Below the pieces are notes generated by a model. It was not told the origin of the DNA. It was given only the letters and a program-made list of their open reading frames with translations, and made no database searches. The position numbers were made by a program, and so were the translations under genes. A stretch of DNA of 64,000 nucleotides from an uncultured Akkermansia sp. Lineage in GTDB: Bacteria > Verrucomicrobiota > Verrucomicrobiia > Verrucomicrobiales > Akkermansiaceae. Location of the stretch: positions 54,757 through 118,756 of the forward strand of contig CANQAC010000001.1 of the NCBI GenBank assembly GCA_947589345.1. Direction: 5' to 3'. Below are positions 19,039 to 28,083 of the stretch, piece after piece. The stretch's first letter is position 1, and the number at the start of each line of letters is the position of its first letter.

Positions 19039-22000
19039 ATACAAAATATTTTGAACGTATAACTCCCAACGATCTCAACGATTGGGCGAATCTTGATGTT
19101 GCCTCAGTTGAGTTTCCTAGAATTATACGTATGCTATGTAAAAGAAGTGCTCCATTAGAGCAGTGTGAATTTTATTCAAACGAAACAACTAATAGACACG
19201 GATTTGATGGGATAACTGTGTGTCATAAAAGGAATAATTATGTTCCGCTTGGTACCACGTTTTGGGAAATAGGCACGGGGAGAGCAGTAAAGCACAAGGC
19301 GCAAACTGATTACCTGAAAGGGATAAAAGCAAAGAATAAATCTGATCGAACGAAGGCAACATTTATTTTTGTAACTCCGAGGAAATGGAATGAAAAAGAG
19401 GCATGGCGAAAAGGACAAAATAAAAAAAAAGAATGGAAGAATGTTAAAATATACGATGCAGAAGATATCTGTCAGTGGGCAGAAATGAACATCTTTGCAA
19501 ATGTTTTACTCAGGGAAGAACTAGGCAAAAGTTTTGAGTGTGTCATGACTTTAAGAAAATCATGGCAAGAATGGACGAGTGCATGTATGCCGCCATTAAA
19601 TGAAACAATCTTTAGAAGTGATATTGTAAGATATAAGGAAGAAATACTGACATGGTTAGGAAATAAGGGGCAAAGATACCTAACAATTAGAGCTGATACA
19701 GAGTTAGAGGGATTGGCTTTCCTTTATCTGCTTAGTCAGGAGAAAGATTTTGATGATTACATAGATAAATTCCTTGTTATAAAAAATCATGAGCAGGCTC
19801 TTGATATATGCGAAGCTTTTGCTTGTGTCCCAATAGCGGCTTCTTTTGATATAGCAAAAAAAATGTGCTCGACAAGGAATGGATTTCATTCTATACGCAT
19901 CATTACAGCGGGTGATTTCTTAGATGAGCGAGAAGATGAATTAGTTATAAAACTTTCAGTGCTGTCGAATTGGAGAGCTGAACGAATTTTGTCAGAATAT
20001 CCTAATAAAAGTAGGGATATTCTTAAAGAGTACGGAGGGTCTCGCTCCGAGCTACGGCGCCTTTTATCTGATAATCCATGTGTTCGGAGCCCCTGGTGGG
20101 GTGGGCTTGATCATGAAAATGCGAGATTGTTAATTCCTCTTTTATTTAATGGAGGTCGCTACTCATTTAATAATAGTTATCACCAAGCGGTTCTCCAGGA
20201 TTTACTAGAAGATAAAGATATTGGAAAGTATAATAGAGAATTGTTTGATTTAGCCACGGGAAAAGACGTCCTTTTGACCAGTGACATCACAGACGATTAT
20301 ATATGTTTTAAACAGGTGGAGAAGGCTCTCATTTTGTTTACAAAGAAGAAAATAGTGGAAAAAAAGGATATCAAAAGGTTTGAAGGAGTTTTATCTAAAG
20401 CTTTGTTATGGGGAGAAAAAAATATGGATGAGTATACAAGCTTCAAGGGAAATATATACAAAATTGCTGTGTTTTTAGTAGTCAAAAGAAGGGAGTATTT
20501 CCAATATTTAGACGAAGAAATTAATGTTATGTCAAACAATATTCAGTCTCAATTGTTTAAACTCCCAATAGACACTTTTTTCGCGAAAAATGGCAAATGT
20601 TGCCATTACATTGCCGAAGCGTGGCCTAGCAGATTTCTTAGTTATATAAACAACATTATTATTGAAGGTAACGAAGAAAAGACGAGAGAATGTCTGAATG
20701 GATTACCCATGACTGTGCAGTATAGTCTGAAGCAAGGATTGGAGCTACTTGCTGTCCATCCTGAATACTTTGAAAAATCTGTAATTGTTCTCTCTAGAAT
20801 ATATCAAATAATCGGATTAGAATGTTATTTTCACAGTCTACAATGCTTATTTCTAGCCTGTCATGCAATGACAAATGCAACAAGTGAGGAACGGTTGTTT
20901 TTGCTAAAAGCACATAAAATAGAGGATAGTATTGTTTCAAGAATATCGCAAAAAGAAGTTTTTGATAATACTGCAATTGCATTATCTAATTATTCTGCTA
21001 GATATCGTCGTGGAGAATGGGAACTCACTGAGGTAAATATTCCTTTTGAGGAAATAGAGAGGTACAGGGAAGGTATAAATGATATATGCATAGATACGAT
21101 TAAAAAGAGTGAACCAGAATTAATAGAATTACTACGACATATATTTGTGTTTTCTACTGAGCAAAGAAAAAGAATATGGAGAATACTTCAGGAGTCATGT
21201 AGAGGGATGAATAACGCTTCGCGACTTCGCTTTTGGAAGATAGTTCAAGATCGAATAGGAGAAATAAGGCGACTTGAAAACAAAAACAGAAACTCTCTAA
21301 AATTTATTCGTGAAGCTCGACAGTTTGCAAAAAGTGTCATTCCTGAGGATATATATACTTTCATAGGAATATTATTTTCATATTCAGTTGAAAGGCGTTT
21401 TTCGATTGGTTACGTAGGTGAGGAGAGGGAAGCAAGATTGACGCGATGGCGAACGTTTTTTATTAACCGGTTGCCTCGACGGGACGGATACTCGCTATCT
21501 AAGATACTAGGAGAGGGTGAGGATATCAATTACAGAGCCTTAGCAAGTTCAATTTCAAAATCTTTTCAAAATGAGGGAGTCGTGAATTGCATAAGGGAGA
21601 TTATTGTGAAAAAGGAGGAAACCCTAGTGATATTAGCCCGGCACATTCTAGACACGTATAAAGGTGTTGGATATATTTCGTTGTTGTCCTCTCTCCGGAA
21701 ACTGCTTTCTAAAGGAAATTTTTTAGAACTCATGCTTATGGATGGTTGGAGAGAAGAGAAAATAGAAATGCTCAAATCCATGTTACCGGAGGATGAGGAA
21801 AACTTCTGGAGGAAAATTACGGCAAATACGATTCTGAAGTTCTCTTCATCGGATGAATTCTTCCTTTCTCACTTGTATAAAGTTGGTAGGTTTAATGATA
21901 TTATAGAGTTTGTTGGCGGACATATGCAATACTTCGGAATATCAGAAAAAGGAGAGAAAATCGTGTTAGACAGTGCTTTTGCTCTCAGTGATTGCATGGA

Positions 22001-22709
22001 GAAAGAAAAGACGCCTTCGGCTGTTGCTAATGGGCGCATCATTCCTGTTTTAAATTATTTTGCAGAACACAATACAACAGAGGAACTGTATAAGATTGAG
22101 TACAAATTACTCTCTCATCTTAATATGGGGAATTATCGTTTTCCTGGGATAAAAAAACGATTACTCCAAACCCCGGTTGAACTCATTGAATGGCTATCGA
22201 TGGATCCTAGTTCTACTCAGGAGTTCCAAATTTACCATAAGATGCTTCGGATTATATTGGCCCCCCCCAATATACTTGAATTAGTATCTGATGGACGGGA
22301 ACTCCTAAAATTAATAACATCTATTATAACAAGTGGCATAATAAATTCCTCACATAAGAGGGGAGCCTTTGTAAGACTCATTGCGGGTTTTTGGGCAAGG
22401 ACAGAGAGAAAGGAAATACTTCTAGGTATCGGAGAAATTATGGAACAGTTGATCAAATCCGGCAATTTTAAAAAGAATTTTCTTGACGGCGTTCTTTCTG
22501 ACGCATATGGCACAAGTAACCGCGGTCTATTTTCTACTGAAGCATGTGAACGGAGGGCTATAAAACGATTAAACAACATGGCAATTGAGCTTAAACCAAA
22601 TTGCCCTTTAACATCTAGGCTACTTTCTGAAGCGTCGATCTCTCTTAAAAAGCACATTCAATGGCTTGATGACATGGAACGATTGGAAGAAAGAGAGAGA
22701 GAATATTAG
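19035..22709 (+). CDS. 1224-aa AT-rich hypothetical protein; N-terminal restriction-endonuclease-like domain, candidate defence protein
   Basis: Long ORF coupled to res (ATGA overlap); N-terminal GFDG..VPLG...WEIG..KAQTDY.K..FVTPRKW..YDAEDICQW motifs. Confidence 0.75.
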   Translation: MNTKYFERITPNDLNDWANLDVASVEFPRIIRMLCKRSAPLEQCEFYSNETTNRHGFDGITVCHKRNNYVPLGTTFWEIGTGRAVKHKAQTDYLKGIKAKNKSDRTKATFIFVTPRKWNEKEAWRKGQNKKKEWKNVKIYDAEDICQWAEMNIFANVLLREELGKSFECVMTLRKSWQEWTSACMPPLNETIFRSDIVRYKEEILTWLGNKGQRYLTIRADTELEGLAFLYLLSQEKDFDDYIDKFLVIKNHEQALDICEAFACVPIAASFDIAKKMCSTRNGFHSIRIITAGDFLDEREDELVIKLSVLSNWRAERILSEYPNKSRDILKEYGGSRSELRRLLSDNPCVRSPWWGGLDHENARLLIPLLFNGGRYSFNNSYHQAVLQDLLEDKDIGKYNRELFDLATGKDVLLTSDITDDYICFKQVEKALILFTKKKIVEKKDIKRFEGVLSKALLWGEKNMDEYTSFKGNIYKIAVFLVVKRREYFQYLDEEINVMSNNIQSQLFKLPIDTFFAKNGKCCHYIAEAWPSRFLSYINNIIIEGNEEKTRECLNGLPMTVQYSLKQGLELLAVHPEYFEKSVIVLSRIYQIIGLECYFHSLQCLFLACHAMTNATSEERLFLLKAHKIEDSIVSRISQKEVFDNTAIALSNYSARYRRGEWELTEVNIPFEEIERYREGINDICIDTIKKSEPELIELLRHIFVFSTEQRKRIWRILQESCRGMNNASRLRFWKIVQDRIGEIRRLENKNRNSLKFIREARQFAKSVIPEDIYTFIGILFSYSVERRFSIGYVGEEREARLTRWRTFFINRLPRRDGYSLSKILGEGEDINYRALASSISKSFQNEGVVNCIREIIVKKEETLVILARHILDTYKGVGYISLLSSLRKLLSKGNFLELMLMDGWREEKIEMLKSMLPEDEENFWRKITANTILKFSSSDEFFLSHLYKVGRFNDIIEFVGGHMQYFGISEKGEKIVLDSAFALSDCMEKEKTPSAVANGRIIPVLNYFAEHNTTEELYKIEYKLLSHLNMGNYRFPGIKKRLLQTPVELIEWLSMDPSSTQEFQIYHKMLRIILAPPNILELVSDGRELLKLITSIITSGIINSSHKRGAFVRLIAGFWARTERKEILLGIGEIMEQLIKSGNFKKNFLDGVLSDAYGTSNRGLFSTEACERRAIKRLNNMAIELKPNCPLTSRLLSEASISLKKHIQWLDDMERLEEREREY

Positions 22710-22916
22710 ACGATCCATTAAAAATCATAGGAAGAATCCTTTAGAAGGATTACAACAAAGCATGTAGGATTTTATTGTCTGCTGTTGGTACAGGAGATCT
22801 GTGGTAGCGTTAATATGAATTTACAGTCAGATTTTATTGAATAATCCTAAAATAAATATGTATGGGATTTGCTCCTTTGAGGAAGAAACGCCAGAGCATT
22901 TTCACCCCTCTTTTTT

Positions 22917-23016
22917 CAACTATTTAACCGGTCCTTTCATGTCAACTAATTTTACTGTCCGGCTTTTGTTGATTCGCTTTTCTCACTTGAATCGTCGTTG
23001 CTTTCACGTTAGAATA
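22917..23016 (+). repeat. ~100-bp imperfect direct repeat, copy 1, carrying promoter motifs (copy 2 at 24326-24426)
   Basis: Shared blocks TATTTAACCG, CATGTCAACTA and CTTTTCTC.CTTGAA.CGTC.T.GCTTTC..GTTAGAATA; includes TTGAAT-N17-TAGAAT. Confidence 0.85.
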
Positions 23017-23363
23017 CCTGCCATGAACACCCCGAAGTTAGGCGAGCTGGAGGAGAAATGGAACCAGTTTGTGGTGTGACTGCATGGGATATGATTTGAA
23101 TATCACCAGGGGCTCCCTTTAGATGATAAACGGGGCGATAAAGAACATGAGACTGATGGAAGAAATATTTGGAGAGAGTTCGAGAGCGGCGGCATTGAAA
23201 GAGTTTTGTATATTACAGTTCCATTGCTGGTTAAATACCTATTTTTAGCGCTGAGACCAATAGAAATGGGTATTGAAAGGAGTAGAGCTATCCACTTTTG
23301 ATGGCAAAGAGAGACATGAGTCAACGTTTGATGCTTGATTCCCGCTTGATAGTGTGTAATCCA

Positions 23364-24230
23364 TTATATGTATTTTGTATTTTTAACAAAAGGCAAAATA
23401 CCGGCTCTAGCTATGGTCGGCTGAGTAAGGAAAGGTTCTTCCCTTACTTCATTTGCGTTCGTGAGAAGTCTCATTACTTCATCATACGATTGCTGACACT
23501 TTAATCCCAATATTATTCTACATATATACTTCGTTAAGTTTGTTACGAAATAAACACCATCATGAAATATCGTGTCCTTTACTATGCGCACGTACAAACG
23601 GTGTTCTTTCTCATATTCCCATTCTTTGGATTTCACAAACACGTGGGGAGAAATCGAAACCTCTGATCGAGCAAGATTTTTGAGATCGGTAAAAGGATGG
23701 TAATCGTATCCTGGGTATTCCGGTTTTTCTTCTGTGTAAACAACTGGAATAAGGACGGCTGGCATACGGTAGTGTCCATTGGAATTCGCTCCTAGAGGAA
23801 GCATACATCCTGACAGATACAGACAACATTTAGTCAGTTGTGCATCAATCATTAAAATGTCATATGGATACGGTGTAGGTTGTTGGTTCAAATCAAGATT
23901 AGTTTTAGTCTCAGAGAAATCGAATTGAAATTCAAGACAGATACCGCGGTGATTGTCCGCATAGTGAGCCCACATAACGGGATGACATGGAGTTTCCGTA
24001 AAACATATCATTCCATGCAGGTTATCCCCGACAGGAGAAATGGTATCTTTCGTTGTAAATTCCATCGGATCATTGCAATCTTCGGGGAAAATTACTTTTA
24101 ATTCGTCGTTCTTCAGAATATTTTCCAGATATTCGGACTTCATATATATGTAGAATGACCGTTTTTGGACAGGTTTCTTGAAATATGCTCCATTATTCGC
24201 TGGGTGTTCTTCGTCCATGTGTGAAATCAT
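23364..24230 (-). CDS. DUF2971 domain protein
   Basis: NDPMEF, CFTE...VMWAHYADNHRGICLEF and KSKEWEYEKEHR are the DUF2971 signature. Confidence 0.85.
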   Translation of the reverse strand: MISHMDEEHPANNGAYFKKPVQKRSFYIYMKSEYLENILKNDELKVIFPEDCNDPMEFTTKDTISPVGDNLHGMICFTETPCHPVMWAHYADNHRGICLEFQFDFSETKTNLDLNQQPTPYPYDILMIDAQLTKCCLYLSGCMLPLGANSNGHYRMPAVLIPVVYTEEKPEYPGYDYHPFTDLKNLARSEVSISPHVFVKSKEWEYEKEHRLYVRIVKDTIFHDGVYFVTNLTKYICRIILGLKCQQSYDEVMRLLTNANEVREEPFLTQPTIARAGILPFVKNTKYI

Positions 24231-24325
24231 AGAGTCATTCTATTAAATTATTCCGACATAGCAAAGATTTTTCTGTTTCTAGTCTCCCCTACGAGGGAAC
24301 ATCGGAAAACTTCTCCTTTTCCTAC

Positions 24326-24426
24326 CAATTATTTAACCGTTTCCTCCCATGTCAACTACATTCCCTTTACATTTACCTGACGAATCTCTTTTCTCGCTTG
24401 AACCGTCATCGCTTTCCGTTAGAATA
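24326..24426 (+). repeat. ~100-bp imperfect direct repeat, copy 2 (divergent promoter region)
   Basis: TTGAAC-N16-TAGAAT on + toward 24508; TTGACA on - toward DUF2971. Confidence 0.85.
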
Positions 24427-24507
24427 AGGTTCTGGCAGGTTTCCGCTTGAGTACTTTCGTCCTTTCGTGGTGGGAGAAGTGGATATATAAAAGGAGGGAT
24501 TTTAGGC

Positions 24508-26199
24508 TTGAATTCCTATGTTAAAATTGCGAGGATGCCATCTATGAAAGCATATGGGAATCTAGAAGAATTGCATTTGGTTTATGATGAAGTTTTCTTC
24601 CAAAAATTAATACAAGAAGAGATACTAGCGAAATACACTGGTTTTTACGTGACATCAATTGTCGCGTCTAGGGAATCAGAATCGTATAATATGTTAACTT
24701 TGATCGAAGCGACAGATGAAAAGGATTTTACACCACAGAAATTCCAACCTTTCTCGTTGTTTGAGAAAAAAGAGTGGCGATATATGGTGACCAAGCATGG
24801 CATGATTGTGGAGTCCATAGGAAAGAAGATATCAGAGGCAAGCAGACAAGGAGAGTGGAAGGAGGAAGAAAAAAGTTTGAAGTTTGGTAGATTAGAATTT
24901 TTAGGGAATTGGTATGTCCCGCCAGCTATGCAGGTATCGGAGGGGTTTCCTACTTCCCCCATCAGTATGATGTTGAGAGGGAAAGGCGAAGAGGGAGCCC
25001 ACATATGGGAATGGTCCGACTCTTCAGGGATGTTGTATTCTAAGCTTGTAGGTAATCCTCAATTGTTAAAAGAAATATCTCAACGGATTAAAAATCACTC
25101 AAATATATTAATAGATGAAATAACGGACAAAATCTCGAATTTAATCATTGCTCTGCCCGTAAAATGTTTGGAATGTGAGATAGAGGGAATTAAAGGGACC
25201 TTGGATAAAATAAGAGTACACCCGTGTTGGCTGAACGGTACAAAGCCACGCCCATTGCAGTTAATAGCGTGGAAAGAAAGAGACGGGATGCAGAGTATTG
25301 CCATAGAGAATGCTCGAGAGGATGGGACTTTTGTAGTTGCTAATAACGACAATAAAAAACAAAGGATTGCTTTATATGACGTAAGTAATAGGCTCATATT
25401 GTATGAGACTGGTACAACGATCATGCGTAATATCACAGCAAAATTTTCGCTTTGTGTGCGAGGGACAACAATATGTCGCCTATTTAAGAAGGAAGGAACC
25501 ATCGAAAAAATACGTTTGCCAATTAATCAAAAAATTCAAACTGGTTACACTGAACCTTTAGTGCTAGATGAGCCACTGCGTCGAAGGTTGTATCAAAGGT
25601 CTCTGGAAAAGCTGATAGAGAAAAAGCTATTCATACAGTATTGTCCCACTAGTGCTGAGCACCGCGATGCATTGCATAAGCAAGCAATAGAGGATATACG
25701 ATCTTTAATTACGAAGTATGGAGAGCGCAAAGTTTACCTATGGGATCCATACTTATCGGCTAATGATGTCCTTGAAACTTTATTTTATAACAAAAATAGC
25801 GGAGCGCAGATGAGAGCATTGACACGATTAAAGAGTTCTGAAGGAACGCATAAATCAGAGCTGATACGGCAGTATCATGATATATTGGATGCGGCGTGTA
25901 TCAAGCCCTTTGGTTTGAATATAGAATTCAGAGCTTCTGCTAATTCTCCTAACGCTGATTTTCATGATAGATTTCTGATGTTTCCTGATTTTGGGGATGA
26001 ACCTCTCGTTTGGTCGTTAGGAACGTCTGTTAACTCATTTGGTAGAGAACATCATATTTTTCAGCAAATCCAACATGCAAGACCCATCATTGATGCCTTT
26101 GAGGGGATGTGGGATAAACTACAGAATGAACGAAATTTAATCTGGAAGATTACTTCAGAGGAAGTCATTAAGAAGTATGGCGAGCCGTTGATTGAGTGA
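24508..26199 (+). CDS. 563-aa AT-rich protein with C-terminal phospholipase-D-like nuclease domain (resembles VPA1262-type proteins)
   Basis: C-terminal LWDPYL..., FHDRFL...WSLGTSVNSFG motifs; AGGAGG upstream of TTG start. Confidence 0.7.
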   Translation: MNSYVKIARMPSMKAYGNLEELHLVYDEVFFQKLIQEEILAKYTGFYVTSIVASRESESYNMLTLIEATDEKDFTPQKFQPFSLFEKKEWRYMVTKHGMIVESIGKKISEASRQGEWKEEEKSLKFGRLEFLGNWYVPPAMQVSEGFPTSPISMMLRGKGEEGAHIWEWSDSSGMLYSKLVGNPQLLKEISQRIKNHSNILIDEITDKISNLIIALPVKCLECEIEGIKGTLDKIRVHPCWLNGTKPRPLQLIAWKERDGMQSIAIENAREDGTFVVANNDNKKQRIALYDVSNRLILYETGTTIMRNITAKFSLCVRGTTICRLFKKEGTIEKIRLPINQKIQTGYTEPLVLDEPLRRRLYQRSLEKLIEKKLFIQYCPTSAEHRDALHKQAIEDIRSLITKYGERKVYLWDPYLSANDVLETLFYNKNSGAQMRALTRLKSSEGTHKSELIRQYHDILDAACIKPFGLNIEFRASANSPNADFHDRFLMFPDFGDEPLVWSLGTSVNSFGREHHIFQQIQHARPIIDAFEGMWDKLQNERNLIWKITSEEVIKKYGEPLIE

Positions 26200-26376
26200 A
26201 TAAGGGAGCAAGATTGGGAACTGATGATCCCCTTGTCCGGAGCTTCAGTTATTCGAAAATTTCTAATAACTGCCCCGGATGGGAAGAAGTACAATGTGAA
26301 TCACTACGGGTTGCAGATGGCGATAGAGGTGGGGTTCAAGGTGAACGAAGAAACTCATGCTTGAATGAATGGCTAA

Positions 26377-26546
26377 CGTATTCGGAATACGTATGTCAAG
26401 CCATCAGTCAGAAAAACAATCTTTTCTTTTCAGTGCCTTTCAAAATCAGGTCATTGCCTCCGGCAGAGAAAAACACTCAATTAGTGGTTGGCTTGCCGCT
26501 TCATGACGAGTGGGATACGATCAAAGTTATACGTATTCCGAATACG
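26377..26546. promoter_or_regulatory. Putative invertible promoter: 134-bp segment (26395-26528) between 18-bp perfect inverted repeats; OFF orientation
   Basis: IRL CGTATTCGGAATACGTAT (26377-26394), IRR ATACGTATTCCGAATACG (26529-26546); TTGACA on the minus strand at 26394-26399; TATACT at 26548-26553 outside the segment. Confidence 0.8.
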
Positions 26547-26580
26547 CTATACTTTGCTCGTCCAAGTGGACAACGATCCT

Positions 26581-27228
26581 ATGAAAAAGACAGCTATGAC
26601 ATTATTGGCGTGTGCCGCGCTTGGCGTCGCATACGGTCAGGAAGAGCAGCAGAAGAGCGGGTTCGGTCTCGAGCTGAACGCTGCTTATAACTTCGCGTTG
26701 AAGGATATTTCGAAAGCTGAAGAAGGGATTCCTGCTTTCAGGGCAGATACGTACGGGGTGGATTTGACCGCCGTGTACGCCTTCAACAAGAATCATGCCG
26801 TGAATATCCGCTTCGGCTACACAACGGGTGATGATGAGCATACGTTTTATGAGCCGGGATACTACCCGGAGAATCTCAAGGTAGAAGTACAGAATATCTA
26901 CATCATGCCCGGGTATCGTCTGACGACGCCGCTGAATGACTCCCTCAGTTTCTTCGGTGGTGTCAATATGGGCCTTGCTCAGACAAAAGGAAAGATTGAG
27001 GATTCCTGGCTGGAAGGGAGCTTCAGCGAGAGCAAGAGCAAGTGGGGCTTCGCGTGGAGTGTGGAACTTGGTGTGTCTCAGAAAGTGACCGAGACCGGCT
27101 CCGTGACTCTTGCCCTCCAATTGCAAGGACTGTACGGACGCCCTGATTTCGGGGATGAAGGGGAAAGCGCTAAGGCGGAAAGCCAGCTCAACCTCGGCGT
27201 GCGTCTGGGGTACAGCTGCCAGTTCTGA
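26581..27228 (+). CDS. Outer-membrane beta-barrel protein (OmpA/OMP_b-brl-like, ~8 strands), paralog 1
   Basis: Signal peptide MKKTAMTLLACAALGVAYG, alternating beta strands, terminal Phe (GYSCQF). Confidence 0.85.
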   Translation: MKKTAMTLLACAALGVAYGQEEQQKSGFGLELNAAYNFALKDISKAEEGIPAFRADTYGVDLTAVYAFNKNHAVNIRFGYTTGDDEHTFYEPGYYPENLKVEVQNIYIMPGYRLTTPLNDSLSFFGGVNMGLAQTKGKIEDSWLEGSFSESKSKWGFAWSVELGVSQKVTETGSVTLALQLQGLYGRPDFGDEGESAKAESQLNLGVRLGYSCQF

Positions 27229-27254
27229 TGGTCTTGATACCATGATCAACAAGC

Positions 27255-27284
27255 AGGCGGGGCATAATATGCCTCGCCTTTTTT
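27255..27284 (+). terminator. Rho-independent terminator
   Basis: AGGCGGGGCAT-ATA-ATGCCTCGCCT followed by a T run. Confidence 0.85.
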
Positions 27285-27309
27285 GATTTTCCTCGCCGAA
27301 TCAATGGGC

Positions 27310-27339
27310 TTGACATGCGTATTCTGAGAGCTTTATACT
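27310..27339 (+). promoter_or_regulatory. sigma70 promoter of OMP paralog 2
   Basis: TTGACA-N18-TATACT. Confidence 0.85.
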
Positions 27340-27367
27340 CATCTTGTCCGAGTGGAAAAATCATTTT

Positions 27368-28021
27368 ATGAAAAAGACAGCTATGACATTATTGGCGTGT
27401 GCCTCGCTCGGCATCGCGTACGGTCAGGAGGAGCAGCAGAAGAACGGGTTCGGTCTCGAGGTGAATGCCGCTTACAACTTCGCGCTAAGAGATCTTTCGG
27501 AAGGTAGTGAAGAGGTGCCTGCCTATTCGGTGGATACGTATGGTGTGGATTTGACCGCTCTGTACGCCATCAACGAGCATCATGCCGTGAACATCCGCTT
27601 TGGTTACACAGCGGGCGATGATGAGCATGCGGTGTATTACGAGGTCAGAGACTATGTTTTTCCGGTTAATGTAAAAGCAGAGATGGAAAATATCTACATC
27701 ATGCCCGGGTATCGTCTGACAACGCCCCTGACCGATTCCTTGAATTTTTTCGGCGGGGTCAATGTCGGTCTTGCTCAGACGAAGGGGAAGCTGGAGGCAA
27801 GCGCTTTTGGAAAGACATTGAGCGAGAAAAAGGACAAATGGGGCTTCGCGTGGAGCGCGGAAGTTGGCGTGACGCAGGAAGTGACCGGCACCGGCTCCGT
27901 GACTCTCGCCCTCCAAATGCAGGGATTATACGGACGTCCGACGTTTGATCAGGTGCTTGCGGGAAGACCCAGTTTTCAGCTCAACCTCGGCGTGCGCGTT
28001 GGCTACAGCTGCCGGTTTTGA
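27368..28021 (+). CDS. Outer-membrane beta-barrel protein, paralog 2
   Basis: First 36 nt identical to paralog 1; same strand pattern; ends GYSCRF. Confidence 0.85.
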   Translation: MKKTAMTLLACASLGIAYGQEEQQKNGFGLEVNAAYNFALRDLSEGSEEVPAYSVDTYGVDLTALYAINEHHAVNIRFGYTAGDDEHAVYYEVRDYVFPVNVKAEMENIYIMPGYRLTTPLTDSLNFFGGVNVGLAQTKGKLEASAFGKTLSEKKDKWGFAWSAEVGVTQEVTGTGSVTLALQMQGLYGRPTFDQVLAGRPSFQLNLGVRVGYSCRF

Positions 28022-28045
28022 GGAAACAGTAAGCAAAGTTCACCA

Positions 28046-28083
28046 AGCAGGCGAGGTCTTCGTAGTAGGCCACGCCTGTTTTT
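28046..28083 (+). terminator. Rho-independent terminator
   Basis: AGCAGGCGAGGTCT / AGGCCACGCCTGTT stem followed by Ts. Confidence 0.75.

Noticed and set aside
23023-23300. 18-codon ORF and an MGYDLNITRG fragment suggesting a decayed gene
   Set aside because: Too short and interrupted by stops to assign; treated only as remnant sequence.
26196-26690. 164-aa ORF and the 5' extension (26488-26580) of the OMP ORF
   Set aside because: They cross the inverted-repeat segment; the signal peptide and paralog alignment place the true start at 26581.
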